Below are positions 54,243 through 63,518 of a DNA stretch of 64,000 bases, in pieces. How positions within the stretch are numbered: position 1 is the stretch's first letter; each line of letters starts with the position of its first letter. The position numbers were made by a program, and so were the translations under genes. The notes under the pieces were generated by a model that was given only the letters and a program-made list of their open reading frames with translations, had not been told where the DNA came from and ran no database searches. The stretch lies in assembly GCA_046081705.1 (NCBI GenBank), contig JBJTWK010000081.1, positions 26,680 to 90,679 of the forward strand. Reading direction: 5' to 3'. The DNA is from Actinomycetes bacterium. GTDB lineage: Bacteria; Actinomycetota; Acidimicrobiia; IMCC26256.

Positions 54243-57200
54243 TCAGTCGTCGTTGAGGATGGTGACGGTACCGACGGAGCGCAGGACACCGGTTCCGGTG
54301 AGCACGACCTGGAACGTCTCGTCGGCCTCGTTCGCCGTGTCGGGCTGGATCGGGATGCTGAGGACCTTCCAGTACGAGGCCGCTTCGAACTTCAGCGTGC
54401 CGGAGGTCTTCACGTAGTCGCCCGTCGCACCGGCCCGGGCCGCTTCGGTCGCGCCTCCCGCCACCGTGCGCGTCGTGTAGTTCACCGACACCGCCTTGGA
54501 CTGCGGACCCGAGAGCCGTACGAGCAGTTCCACGTTGCGGGTCCCGGTGTTGCCCTCGACGATCTTCGCGTCGCCGATGGTGATGCGCGGCTGCACCATC
54601 GTGATGCCGTCGTCGTTGAGGATCACGCCGGTACCGACCGAACGACCGAGGGGCACGACCGTGGCCTTCGTGAGCACGAGTTCCATGCGCTCGTCCGACT
54701 CAGCCGTGAGATCCGGCGTCACGTTCACCTCCACCGTCGCGGCGAGCGATCCGGCCGGGATCGTCACCGAGGCGTTCGTGGCGGCCTTGAAGTCCGAGCC
54801 CGGGCTGGCCGGGACCACCCCGGTCGAGGCCGTGACCGTCCGGGTCGAGTAGGTGACCACCACGTTCGAGGTCTGTGCGGCGGTCAGGGTGACCCGGAAG
54901 CGCAGCGACCCGTTCTTCGAGTCACCCTCCCCGACGCTGCTGTCCCCCACGTTGACGCTCACCCGCGCCAGACCCGGGATGGTCGCGGTGCCGAGGGGCT
55001 TGGCGAGGTCGGCGTTCGTCGCCGAGTCGACCACGAGTCCGAAGGACTCCGTGAACTCGCGTTCGGTGTCCGCGAGCACCGGCACCTCGACCACCTTGGT
55101 GGTCTCGCCGGGTGCGAACGTCAATCGCCCGGCGACCGGCAGGAAGTCCGAGAGCGCCGTCGCCGAGGCGTCCGCCGTCCGGTACGCGACCGTGACCGGT
55201 ACGGAGGTCGCGGCGCTCAGCGTGACCGGGAACGACGCGTTCGCCGTCCCGGTCGCGGGCTCGGCGATCGTGATGTCGCCCACGGTCACCGTCGGTCGCA
55301 CGACGGCCGGGAAGAGCGAGCCCTTGTTCGAGGCCACGCCCACGTTCCCGTTCACGTCGACCACCTGCACGTAGTAGGGGGTCGTCGTGGCCGACGACGC
55401 GACCGTCGCGGTCCCGGTCCACCGGGTCCCCGCCCCTGCGGTGAGGTCGACCCGACGCCAACCCGTCGAGTCCCGGAAGAGGACGACGACGCGCCCGATG
55501 CCGGCGCCGTCGGCGGCGTCGACGTCGAACGTCGCGACGCGGGTCGTGCCGTTCACCCGGGCGTCGACTCCGAGGATCGTCGGCTCGGTGAAGTCACCAC
55601 TCGCCGAGTAGAGGACGCTGCCCTCGACCCGGGAGAAGAGTTCCTGCGTGCCGGTGCCCGCGGTGTCGCGCGAGCCGTTCGACTCGAACCGGCCGGGGGT
55701 GAGCACGATGCGCTGCCGCTGCTTCGGTCCGTTCGTGGCGAACGGAGCCCCCGACGGATCGGAGTAGGTGCTGATCGTTGCGAAGCGGGCCGGGAACGCC
55801 ACATCACCGGCCACGATCTCGGGCGCGGTGGCCGCGTCGTCGACCGTCGCGCGAGCCCACGCGGCGTCGAACCCGGTCAGCGGATTGCCCGCATCGGTGA
55901 GCGCCGTGATGAGCGCACCGTGGGCCGGGAGCAACTGCCCGTTCGTCCGCGCCGTGACGTCGCGGTCGACGCGGGGCTGCGTGGGCCGGCCGGGGAGCGT
56001 GAGCGGCAATTGGCCGGCGACCTCGTACCACGCACCGTCCGGACCGGTGCGCTGGGTCAGCGCGCCCGACATCGGGATGGCGGCGGCTCCCGGGTTCGCC
56101 TGGTCGTAGACGAACGACGCCGACGACACCCCACCGGTACCGGCGGTCGGCGTCACGTCGGTGGGCGCCGGACGCGTGACCGCCGCCCCACCCACCCTGA
56201 AGAACGGGAGGCCGTACAGGTTCATGCTCTCGAGCACCTTGTCGTCGTAGGTGCCGTAGAGACCCTGGGTCGAGAAGTACGTCTGCTTCGCCCGGACGAG
56301 GGCATCACCGATGGTCACTGCGCCGTCGAGCTCGCCCGCGAAGAACCCGATGAGACGGTCGTGGAGCTGCACGCCCGAGTCGTCGCCGTACCCGAACCCG
56401 GTCGCTGCGAGGTACACAGCACCTCGGGCGAGCAACTGCTCCGGGAAGTCGGCGCCCCCGCGGGCATCGCTGAGTCCGGCGTGGCACCCCATCGAGAACA
56501 CGAGGTTGGTACCGGCCGGGAGCGCGGCCGCGAGTTCGGCCGGGGTGAAGAGATCCGCCCCGTCGGCGGAGCCCTGGGCCGAGACGCCCGACAGGTGGTC
56601 GGCGTGCATGAACAGGTTGGTCACCCTCGCCTGGGTGGCCGCGATGCTGCCGGCACCCGTGAGGAGGTTCGCGCTCGTCCACGTGTCGTTGATGAGTTCG
56701 ACCGGCGTCACGGGGTCGTCCCCGTTCGCCGTCGTGAGCTTCGTCGCCAACGTCGACTTCACCGCGGTCGCCCCGGGCTTCATCCAGTCGTAGCCCGTCA
56801 CGAGGGCCTTCGACGGGTCGAGCACACCACCACTGGTGAGGTAGGTGTCGATCACCTCGGTCATCTGCGCCGGGGTCTCGACGAGACGTCCGACGGCGAG
56901 ATCTTCGACGTACAGGCGCCGGTTGAGCCACGGGATCGGGTCGAGGTCGCCGTACGCCGCGTCCGTGAGGAAGTGGCTCGTGGCGAACGCCGCGCCGATC
57001 GGCGAGCCGGGATCGAACGCGTCGGCGTACTGCGACTCGTTCCCCGAGCGCGTCGTGTCGACCGCACGGGCCATCGGGACCACGTCGTCGGAGCCGACGA
57101 CGACCACGTTCGCGATCTGCGGGTGCGCCGCCACCCCGGGCAGGGAACCGTTGCGCAGCCCCTGCACGAGTTCGGAGATGCGTCGCACCACCGTGTTCGT

Positions 57201-60200
57201 GAGGGTCGGGTCGCACGGCTTCGCCGCGAGCGCCGCGTACGCACCGGCCACATCCGGGTACCCGGCGTTGCGGGCGGGGCTCGAGCCCTCAACCGGGAGC
57301 ACGACGCCCCGTACGGAGGGATCGGCGGCGAGCGTCGCCACCTTCGCGAGCAGCGCGCTCACATCGGCCCCTGGGAACTGGTCCCCGAGGCGCTGGAGGT
57401 TGACGAGGAACACCGTCCGGACGTCGGCCGGGACCGTCGTGAGGTCCGGCAACGTGCCCGGCGCCCCCGAGAACGGGTGGTCGTACGGCAGGCACTGCGG
57501 CACGGCCGTGGCCGCGACCTCACGGACCCGGAGCACGTACGGCAGGTTCGAGACCGCCCCGCGGTAGGCGCTCACCTGCACGAAGTTCGCGCCACGACCG
57601 ATCGCGTTCTCCTCATCCACCACGCTCGACGTCGCCGAACGCGCCACGACCGTGGTGCCGGCCGGTGCCCCGACCGGTACATCGGCGGAGAGTTCAGGTC
57701 GAGGCGCGACCTGATTGCTGGTCGGATCGATGCCCTCATCGTCGATCGGCGCCACCTGCGGCGCGATCGCGCGCGAGGCCACCGGGCTGATCCCACTCGT
57801 CGGGGTGTCCTGCGGCGGACCGAACAGCACGAGGTCGCCGTCCCCGGCGAGATGGCTGAGACGGACACCCACCTGGGTGTCGACCGATCGGGGCGAGAAC
57901 GAGTAGAGGTCGACGTCGCCGCCGTCGGCGAGGTAGCCGAACTGCAGGCGGTCGGACGCGATGGACGCCGCAGTCCCCGCGTTCGATCCGGGGTCGGTGC
58001 CCTCCACCACCCGGACCTCGAGCGGGGTCGCGTCCGTTCCGACGGTCTCGACCTCGACGCGGGCCGAGACCTGACCGGCCCCGAGCCCGAGGCTCGGGAT
58101 CACCCGAGCGACGACCGAGTAGTTCGTGTTCGAGGTCACTCCGGACACGCCGACGATGAGCAGCGTCGCGTCCTCGCTCACCTGCTCGTCGAGGACGCGG
58201 ACCGTCGGGGTGCCCGTCCCGGTCACCCGCAACGGCGCGAGCCCCGACCGGACCGTCGGGTCGAGGCGGAACCCGGCCGGCATCCGCACCAGCACGCGGG
58301 CGTCGAGGCCGGCGATGGTCCCCGTGGCCTGCGCCTGGAAGGTGGTGGTGTAGTCGACCGTCGTCACCGGGTCGGCGAAGCGCGCGAGCCCCGCGGCCTC
58401 GAGGTCGAGTTCCTCCCACGGGAAGTCGATCGCATCGAGGTAGCCGGTGACGACGTCGTTGACGGTGATCCCGTACAGCACGATCGAGCCGAGATCGGAG
58501 AGCGCCAGCGGTCCCAGCGCCGGGTCCTTGAAGTGCTTGCCGAGATCGGCGAGGGTCGCCGTCGGCCGGATCGCCCCGGCGTCGACCGCCGCACCGAGGT
58601 CCGCACCCGGGCAGGTGAACGACGCGGAACAGACCGCGAACACGGCGAGTTCCGCATCCGTGAAGTCGTCGAGCGGCACCGCACGGAGCGCCGATGCGGT
58701 ACGGACCGCACCGTCGAGCGCCGAGGCGCCGAGCCGGGTCACGTAGAGGTTCAGGTCGTCGAGCAGGGTGTCGAGGACGGGTGCGCTCTGCAGCTGGAGG
58801 GTGAAGAAGTTCCGTCCGACATCGATCTGACGGAGCTCCGGGTGCTCGGCGAGCAGCAGCGCCGCATCCGGGATCATGTCGAGTTCCATGAGCGTGCGGC
58901 CCGTGCCGTCCGCACCGAACTCGGCGCAGGTCCGGCCGGTGACCGACGCGAACTGCGTGCACCACGGCACGAACGGCGCGGCGGTGAGGTCGCTCACCGG
59001 CGTGTTGCCGAGTTCGAAACCGACGGGCGTGATCGCGATGAGCGGCGAGTCGTCGAGCACGAGGTCGCCGACCGTCAGATCGGCGAGCGCCGGCGAAGCG
59101 GCCTGCGCGGTGTAGAGGTCGAGCAGTGCCCCGACGCTCACCGACTGGATCGGGATGCCGTCCAACGGCGTGCCCGCAAGCAGGGCCGGCCAACCCCCAT
59201 CCGTCGTCACGCCGATCTGGGACAGCGGCGCGTCGCGGACCGCATCGACGGTCCCGAGCCGGGTGGCGAGCGACGACACGAGCGTGCTGGCGACGTCCCG
59301 GAGCCTGGTCCCGCCGGGCCGCAACCTCGTGCCCCCCGGCCGCAGCTTCGTCCCGCCGGGTCGCAACTTGGTGCCCCCCGGCCGCAACTTGGTGCCCCCC
59401 GGAGCGGTCGACACGTCGAGTCCGAACCCGCGCAGGGCATCCGTGGGGATCGCGTTGATCGCCACGCTCGTCGCTCCCGGCGGCGTGTTCAGGGTGCTCG
59501 CCGCCAGGCTGACGGTCACGCCCGTGAGCGCGTTCCCGAAGCGCGTCACGTAGACGTCCTCGGCGCCCGCGAACGTGTTCGTGTCCGCCGCGATGAGCGG
59601 ATCGGGCGAGGTGAACACGACGGTCGGGCGCGCCTGCGCGATCATCACCGTGCGCACGCGCGCGTCGGTCCCGCCGGAGTCCTTCACGGTCAACGAGGTC
59701 CCGTCCGTGAACCGCACGTACCCCGTCATGAGCGGGAAGTCGATGTCGTTGATGTAGGAGACCGTCCCGTCGTTCGCCACGTCCGGCGCGCCGGCCCAGC
59801 TCGTCGGGACGGCGTTCGACATGAGGGTGAAGCCGCCGTCGGCCGCCTCGTCGTACACACCGTTGTTGTTGCCGTCACGATCACGGCGGTAGACCCGGCT
59901 CGTGCCGGTCGCCGACGGGAGGGACGCATCGTCGCTGGCGATGGTGACGAATCGCCCGTTCGCGCTCATCGCACCGAACGATCCGCCGGCGAACGTGGCG
60001 AGCCCGGCGTTGCGGGCCGCCGCCGTCGAGGTACCGGTGTTCCGGTCCCAGATCGCGACGTCGGGCCGTGCGTTCGTGTCGGCCGCGTTGATGCCGGACA
60101 CGGTCGAGAACGCCACGAAGCGACCGTCGTCACTCACCCGCGGTCCGCAGGCCCGCACCGCGCTGCCGTAGGCGAGGTACCCGCACGACGTCGTGGAGGT

Positions 60201-61040
60201 GAGCACCGAGCCGCCGCCCCCCCGACTCACCCAGGTCGTGGACACGCCGCCGGGCTCATCGAACACGCCGTTCGCGTCGGCATCGCGGTCACGCAACCAC
60301 ACGACGTTGAAGTAGCTGCCCTCGATCTGCGGGCCGCCGAACGACGGTGCATCGGATTCGAACGCCACGAACCGACCCGTCGAGGAGATCGACGAGCGAC
60401 CGGTGGTGCAGCCGTCGGCCGGGACGCTCTCGGTCGATCCGAGCGTGCCCGTCGCACTCACGAGTCGCGTGGCCGTCGCACCCGGTTCGTCGAGGATGCC
60501 ATCGCCGTCGGTGTCACGGTCGCGGACGTAGACCTCGACCCCGTCGCAGCCGTCACTCCCGGCGATGCCCGGGAGGATGCTCCCGAGCGCGGTGAAGGTG
60601 ACGTACCGACCCGTCGCGCTGATCGAGGGATCCGCGGCGCTGTAGGGCTGGAGACCGGTCTCGCCCCGACTGACGAGGTGCGTCTCCCCCGAGACGAGGT
60701 CGCGGACGTACACGTCCTCCTGACCGAAGTTCGAGTCCTCGGGAACGAGGGACCCGCGCGTGACGAACGCCACGTGCTGTCCGTCGGCCGAGATCGCCGG
60801 TGCGCAGTCCTTGGCCGACCACAGACCGTCGTAGTTGCTGCACGAGCCGTTCGTGATCTGCTCGCCGTCGGGCCCGACGCTCGCACGCTCGAGACTCAGC
60901 GCGATGGGCGCGGCGCCGGCGCCCGGCGCCGTCGCGAGTTCGATGCCCACCATGCCGCTGACCCCGATGACGGCGGCGAGCAGCGCCGAGCCGATACGAC
61001 GGATCGGCCCGCCGCGCGAGATGTCCTGCCGTGCCTGCAC
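54243..61040 (-). CDS. Giant secreted protein (~2265 aa): TolB-like beta-propeller, heptad repeat, C25/caspase-like peptidase, Ig-like and Calx-beta domains
   Basis: Signal peptide; PAISADGQHVAF/DVYVRD repeats; PGGTKLR x5; VVVVGSDDVVP, DLAVGRL, FMHADH, SMGCHAG; three Calx-beta units ending TILNDD. Confidence 0.85.
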   Translation of the reverse strand: MQARQDISRGGPIRRIGSALLAAVIGVSGMVGIELATAPGAGAAPIALSLERASVGPDGEQITNGSCSNYDGLWSAKDCAPAISADGQHVAFVTRGSLVPEDSNFGQEDVYVRDLVSGETHLVSRGETGLQPYSAADPSISATGRYVTFTALGSILPGIAGSDGCDGVEVYVRDRDTDGDGILDEPGATATRLVSATGTLGSTESVPADGCTTGRSSISSTGRFVAFESDAPSFGGPQIEGSYFNVVWLRDRDADANGVFDEPGGVSTTWVSRGGGGSVLTSTTSCGYLAYGSAVRACGPRVSDDGRFVAFSTVSGINAADTNARPDVAIWDRNTGTSTAAARNAGLATFAGGSFGAMSANGRFVTIASDDASLPSATGTSRVYRRDRDGNNNGVYDEAADGGFTLMSNAVPTSWAGAPDVANDGTVSYINDIDFPLMTGYVRFTDGTSLTVKDSGGTDARVRTVMIAQARPTVVFTSPDPLIAADTNTFAGAEDVYVTRFGNALTGVTVSLAASTLNTPPGATSVAINAIPTDALRGFGLDVSTAPGGTKLRPGGTKLRPGGTKLRPGGTRLRPGGTRLRDVASTLVSSLATRLGTVDAVRDAPLSQIGVTTDGGWPALLAGTPLDGIPIQSVSVGALLDLYTAQAASPALADLTVGDLVLDDSPLIAITPVGFELGNTPVSDLTAAPFVPWCTQFASVTGRTCAEFGADGTGRTLMELDMIPDAALLLAEHPELRQIDVGRNFFTLQLQSAPVLDTLLDDLNLYVTRLGASALDGAVRTASALRAVPLDDFTDAELAVFAVCSASFTCPGADLGAAVDAGAIRPTATLADLGKHFKDPALGPLALSDLGSIVLYGITVNDVVTGYLDAIDFPWEELDLEAAGLARFADPVTTVDYTTTFQAQATGTIAGLDARVLVRMPAGFRLDPTVRSGLAPLRVTGTGTPTVRVLDEQVSEDATLLIVGVSGVTSNTNYSVVARVIPSLGLGAGQVSARVEVETVGTDATPLEVRVVEGTDPGSNAGTAASIASDRLQFGYLADGGDVDLYSFSPRSVDTQVGVRLSHLAGDGDLVLFGPPQDTPTSGISPVASRAIAPQVAPIDDEGIDPTSNQVAPRPELSADVPVGAPAGTTVVARSATSSVVDEENAIGRGANFVQVSAYRGAVSNLPYVLRVREVAATAVPQCLPYDHPFSGAPGTLPDLTTVPADVRTVFLVNLQRLGDQFPGADVSALLAKVATLAADPSVRGVVLPVEGSSPARNAGYPDVAGAYAALAAKPCDPTLTNTVVRRISELVQGLRNGSLPGVAAHPQIANVVVVGSDDVVPMARAVDTTRSGNESQYADAFDPGSPIGAAFATSHFLTDAAYGDLDPIPWLNRRLYVEDLAVGRLVETPAQMTEVIDTYLTSGGVLDPSKALVTGYDWMKPGATAVKSTLATKLTTANGDDPVTPVELINDTWTSANLLTGAGSIAATQARVTNLFMHADHLSGVSAQGSADGADLFTPAELAAALPAGTNLVFSMGCHAGLSDARGGADFPEQLLARGAVYLAATGFGYGDDSGVQLHDRLIGFFAGELDGAVTIGDALVRAKQTYFSTQGLYGTYDDKVLESMNLYGLPFFRVGGAAVTRPAPTDVTPTAGTGGVSSASFVYDQANPGAAAIPMSGALTQRTGPDGAWYEVAGQLPLTLPGRPTQPRVDRDVTARTNGQLLPAHGALITALTDAGNPLTGFDAAWARATVDDAATAPEIVAGDVAFPARFATISTYSDPSGAPFATNGPKQRQRIVLTPGRFESNGSRDTAGTGTQELFSRVEGSVLYSASGDFTEPTILGVDARVNGTTRVATFDVDAADGAGIGRVVVLFRDSTGWRRVDLTAGAGTRWTGTATVASSATTTPYYVQVVDVNGNVGVASNKGSLFPAVVRPTVTVGDITIAEPATGTANASFPVTLSAATSVPVTVAYRTADASATALSDFLPVAGRLTFAPGETTKVVEVPVLADTEREFTESFGLVVDSATNADLAKPLGTATIPGLARVSVNVGDSSVGEGDSKNGSLRFRVTLTAAQTSNVVVTYSTRTVTASTGVVPASPGSDFKAATNASVTIPAGSLAATVEVNVTPDLTAESDERMELVLTKATVVPLGRSVGTGVILNDDGITMVQPRITIGDAKIVEGNTGTRNVELLVRLSGPQSKAVSVNYTTRTVAGGATEAARAGATGDYVKTSGTLKFEAASYWKVLSIPIQPDTANEADETFQVVLTGTGVLRSVGTVTILNDD
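59298..59402 (-). repeat. 5 x 21-nt in-frame tandem repeat encoding PGGT(K/R)LR
   Basis: CCGGGGGGCACCAAGTTGCGG / CCGGGGGGCACCAAGTTGCGA / CCCGGCGGGACGAAGCTGCGG / CCGGGGGGCACGAGGTTGCGG / CCCGGCGGGACCAGGCTCCGG. Confidence 0.95.
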
Positions 61041-61162
61041 CGTGCGCCCCCCGCCCACGGCCGGATGCCGCGATCCGGCCGAAATTACCCACGGAGGGTG
61101 GTACCCGGCAAGACCCAGCACTGCGGAGCGTGGCGGGACTCTGACGGCGTGGCCCGCCCGGA

Positions 61163-62986
61163 TCAGGCCCAGTGCCGCGCACCCCCGCTTGCGATCCAGG
61201 CGTCGAGGATCGGGCCGGCATCCCGCTCCCCGCCGACGACGAGATCCTCGAACCGGTCGAAGTCGAGGAGGCTCACCCCCTCGAGACCGGGGCGCACGTA
61301 GCAGTCGCCGCGATCACCCGGGTCGCCGGCGCCGAGTTCGGTGAGGCGCATCAGGAGTTTCGGCAGCCCGAACGCGCTCCCGAGCGCCCGGCGCCGAGCA
61401 CCCTGGGTGAGGGCGCGCCATCCGGAGACCGCACCCTCGGCCGAGCCGCCCGCCCCGGTGAACTCCTTGTTCGCACCGACGTCGATGGCGATCACGGTGA
61501 TGCCCTCGTGGAGCGAGCGCATCGTGCTCACCGGCATGTTGTCGAGGACCCCACCATCGACGAGTGTCTCCCCCGCATCGTTGTGCATCGGCGGGAAGAT
61601 CCCGGGCACCGAGAAGCTCGAACGGATCGCAACCCAGGCCGGCCCCGTCGTGTGCACGTCGAGCGCTCGGGTCGACAGGTTCGTCGACACGCAGAAGAAG
61701 TTGAGCCAGCCGTCCTCGAGGTCGAGGCCGCCTGCGCCGTCCTTGATCCGTTCGGTCACCCGACCACCTGCCGCCACCGACACGGTCGGGAGCGTGATGT
61801 CGACCGGGGAACGGTCGAGCACCGCCGCCCGGATCTGGGTCGCGATCGCGTCCGGCGAGTCGCCGCGCGCCACCGCGCCACCGACGATCGATCCGATGCT
61901 CGCTCCGCCGACCGCGTCGATCGGGATGCCGCGGGCCTGCAGCGCTCGGAGGACACCGATGTGCGCGATGCCCCGAGCGCCCCCGCCGGAGAACACGACA
62001 CCGACTGCACGACCAGTGACCAGTCGCGCCACGCGCTCGAGGTCGGTCGCGGACCCCGAACGCACGTTGTGGTGACGATCGACCGGGCGTGGCGCGAGCC
62101 ACCACCGGGTGTTCCGGGGCGTGGCTGCCGCGGCCGGGTGCACCAGCACCAGCTCCGTCCGGGGCCGCGTGGCTCCGGTGCCCTCAGCGATCGCCGTCTC
62201 GATCGGACGAACGCTCGGGGCATGGGAAGCATCCGCCACCAGCACGATCCGGTCGGCCTGCTGCGCGCACGCGTCGGTCCAGGCCGACGCCACGGCATCA
62301 GCGAGGAACACCGCGCCGCCCGACCGGGTCGCGAGACCCTCGCACCACTCCTGCAGCGCACCGGGGGGCGCGTCGGCACCGACCTCGGCGCGCGCCTCGT
62401 CGCCGTTTCCGGGGCGTGCGCCGGCCACCGTTCGCGCCAGGGTTGCGGCGAGATCGGCCGCCGCCGTGAGCGTCGTCGGGGTGTCGGTCACCGGCACCAC
62501 GACCACGGTGGCGCCCGCGTCGGTCGGCCCGCGACCATGCGCGGTCGCCACCAACTTGCGGATGAGCACGGTCGACACCGCCCGCATCGCGCCGGCATGC
62601 TCCGCCACCAGGGCGTCGAACGCCGCCAGCGGGAGGATCGCCAACCTCGAGTCGCGGATCGCGACCACATCCGCGGAGCGCGGGCCGTCCGTGATGAGGG
62701 CCATCTCCCCTGCGACCTCACCCCGGCCGACCTCACCGAGCACGGTTCGTCCGCCGTCGTCCCCGACGAGCTCGACGCGGAGCCGACCGCGGACGACCAT
62801 GAGCAGTCCGTCTGCCCGGGCGCCTTGGTGGATCACCGTGGTGCCGCGCCGCACTTCGCGGATCTCCATCGCCGCGACGACGGCGGCGCGTGCGTCGGCC
62901 GAGAGCGGCCCGAACACCGCGCTCGCTTCGACGAGTTCCGCGAGGCGGTCCGGCGTCGGACTCACGCGAGGATCAGGATCCGTCAC
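61163..62986 (-). CDS. cNMP-binding domain + patatin-like phospholipase (NTE/RssA-like)
   Basis: Phosphate-binding cassette GEMALITDGPRSADV; patatin motifs SGGGARG, GASIG and VDGG. Confidence 0.93.
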   Translation of the reverse strand: MTDPDPRVSPTPDRLAELVEASAVFGPLSADARAAVVAAMEIREVRRGTTVIHQGARADGLLMVVRGRLRVELVGDDGGRTVLGEVGRGEVAGEMALITDGPRSADVVAIRDSRLAILPLAAFDALVAEHAGAMRAVSTVLIRKLVATAHGRGPTDAGATVVVVPVTDTPTTLTAAADLAATLARTVAGARPGNGDEARAEVGADAPPGALQEWCEGLATRSGGAVFLADAVASAWTDACAQQADRIVLVADASHAPSVRPIETAIAEGTGATRPRTELVLVHPAAAATPRNTRWWLAPRPVDRHHNVRSGSATDLERVARLVTGRAVGVVFSGGGARGIAHIGVLRALQARGIPIDAVGGASIGSIVGGAVARGDSPDAIATQIRAAVLDRSPVDITLPTVSVAAGGRVTERIKDGAGGLDLEDGWLNFFCVSTNLSTRALDVHTTGPAWVAIRSSFSVPGIFPPMHNDAGETLVDGGVLDNMPVSTMRSLHEGITVIAIDVGANKEFTGAGGSAEGAVSGWRALTQGARRRALGSAFGLPKLLMRLTELGAGDPGDRGDCYVRPGLEGVSLLDFDRFEDLVVGGERDAGPILDAWIASGGARHWA

Positions 62987-63407
62987 GGACGAGACGCGCC
63001 TCGCGCAGCTCGCCTGCCATCGCGATGAGCATCTGCTCGGCGAGATCCGGGAACTCTCGCAGCATCGTGCGGAACATCCGGATACCGATGACCGCGACCT
63101 TCACGTCGGTGAGGGCGGTCACCGTGGCGCTCCGCGGCTGGCCATCGAGGACCGCGAGCTCCCCGAAGTAGGAGCCCGGACCACTCCGATCGATCTCCAC
63201 GCCGCCGCGCTGCACGGCCACGTCGCCCTCGAGGACGACGAAGAGCGCGTCCCCGGCCTCCCCCTCAATGACGAGATCGATACCCGCAGCGGCGTCGACC
63301 ACCTGCGCGTGCCGCGCCACGGCACGACGTTCCGCTGCGGTGCAGTGCGAGAACAGCCGTACGCCGTCGAGCGCTTCGGCGAGTTGCTTCTTGACGCCCA
63401 CGTACAT
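62973..63407 (-). CDS. Stand-alone cyclic-nucleotide-binding domain protein (no HTH)
   Basis: LFSHC, EGEAGDALFVVLEGDV, FGELAVLDGQPRSATV; ends after the C-helix. Confidence 0.9.
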   Translation of the reverse strand: MYVGVKKQLAEALDGVRLFSHCTAAERRAVARHAQVVDAAAGIDLVIEGEAGDALFVVLEGDVAVQRGGVEIDRSGPGSYFGELAVLDGQPRSATVTALTDVKVAVIGIRMFRTMLREFPDLAEQMLIAMAGELREARLVRDGS

Positions 63408-63474
63408 CCCCCCGATGCGCGACACGTGCTGTGGTCGATGTGGTAACCATCCGCAGCGTTCGCGCCATCGATGC

Positions 63475-63489
63475 TGCGAACGGTTCGCA
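63475..63489. promoter_or_regulatory. Palindromic operator candidate in the divergent promoter region
   Basis: TGCGAAC-G-GTTCGCA with perfect 7-bp arms, followed by CGATAAA direct repeats at 63490 and 63501. Confidence 0.45.
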
Positions 63490-63518
63490 CGATAAACGCG
63501 CGATAAATGGGGGGCAAC

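Noticed and set aside
59298-59402. CRISPR-like or VNTR interpretation of the 21-nt repeat (also 48360-48404)
   Set aside because: No spacers, in-frame within coding sequence, synonymous variation, and no cas genes.
53769-61301. 2510-aa plus-strand ORF, and other very long antisense ORFs (e.g. 50759-54220, 48513-51206, 1300-3345, 23006-24961)
   Set aside because: Shadow frames of high-GC3 genes: Arg/Gly/His/Pro-rich with no recognisable motifs, while the opposite strand carries clear domains.
63475-63489. LexA SOS box reading of GCGAAC-G-GTTCGC
   Set aside because: The actinobacterial SOS box has a 4-nt spacer (GAAC-N4-GTTC), and this one has 1 nt.
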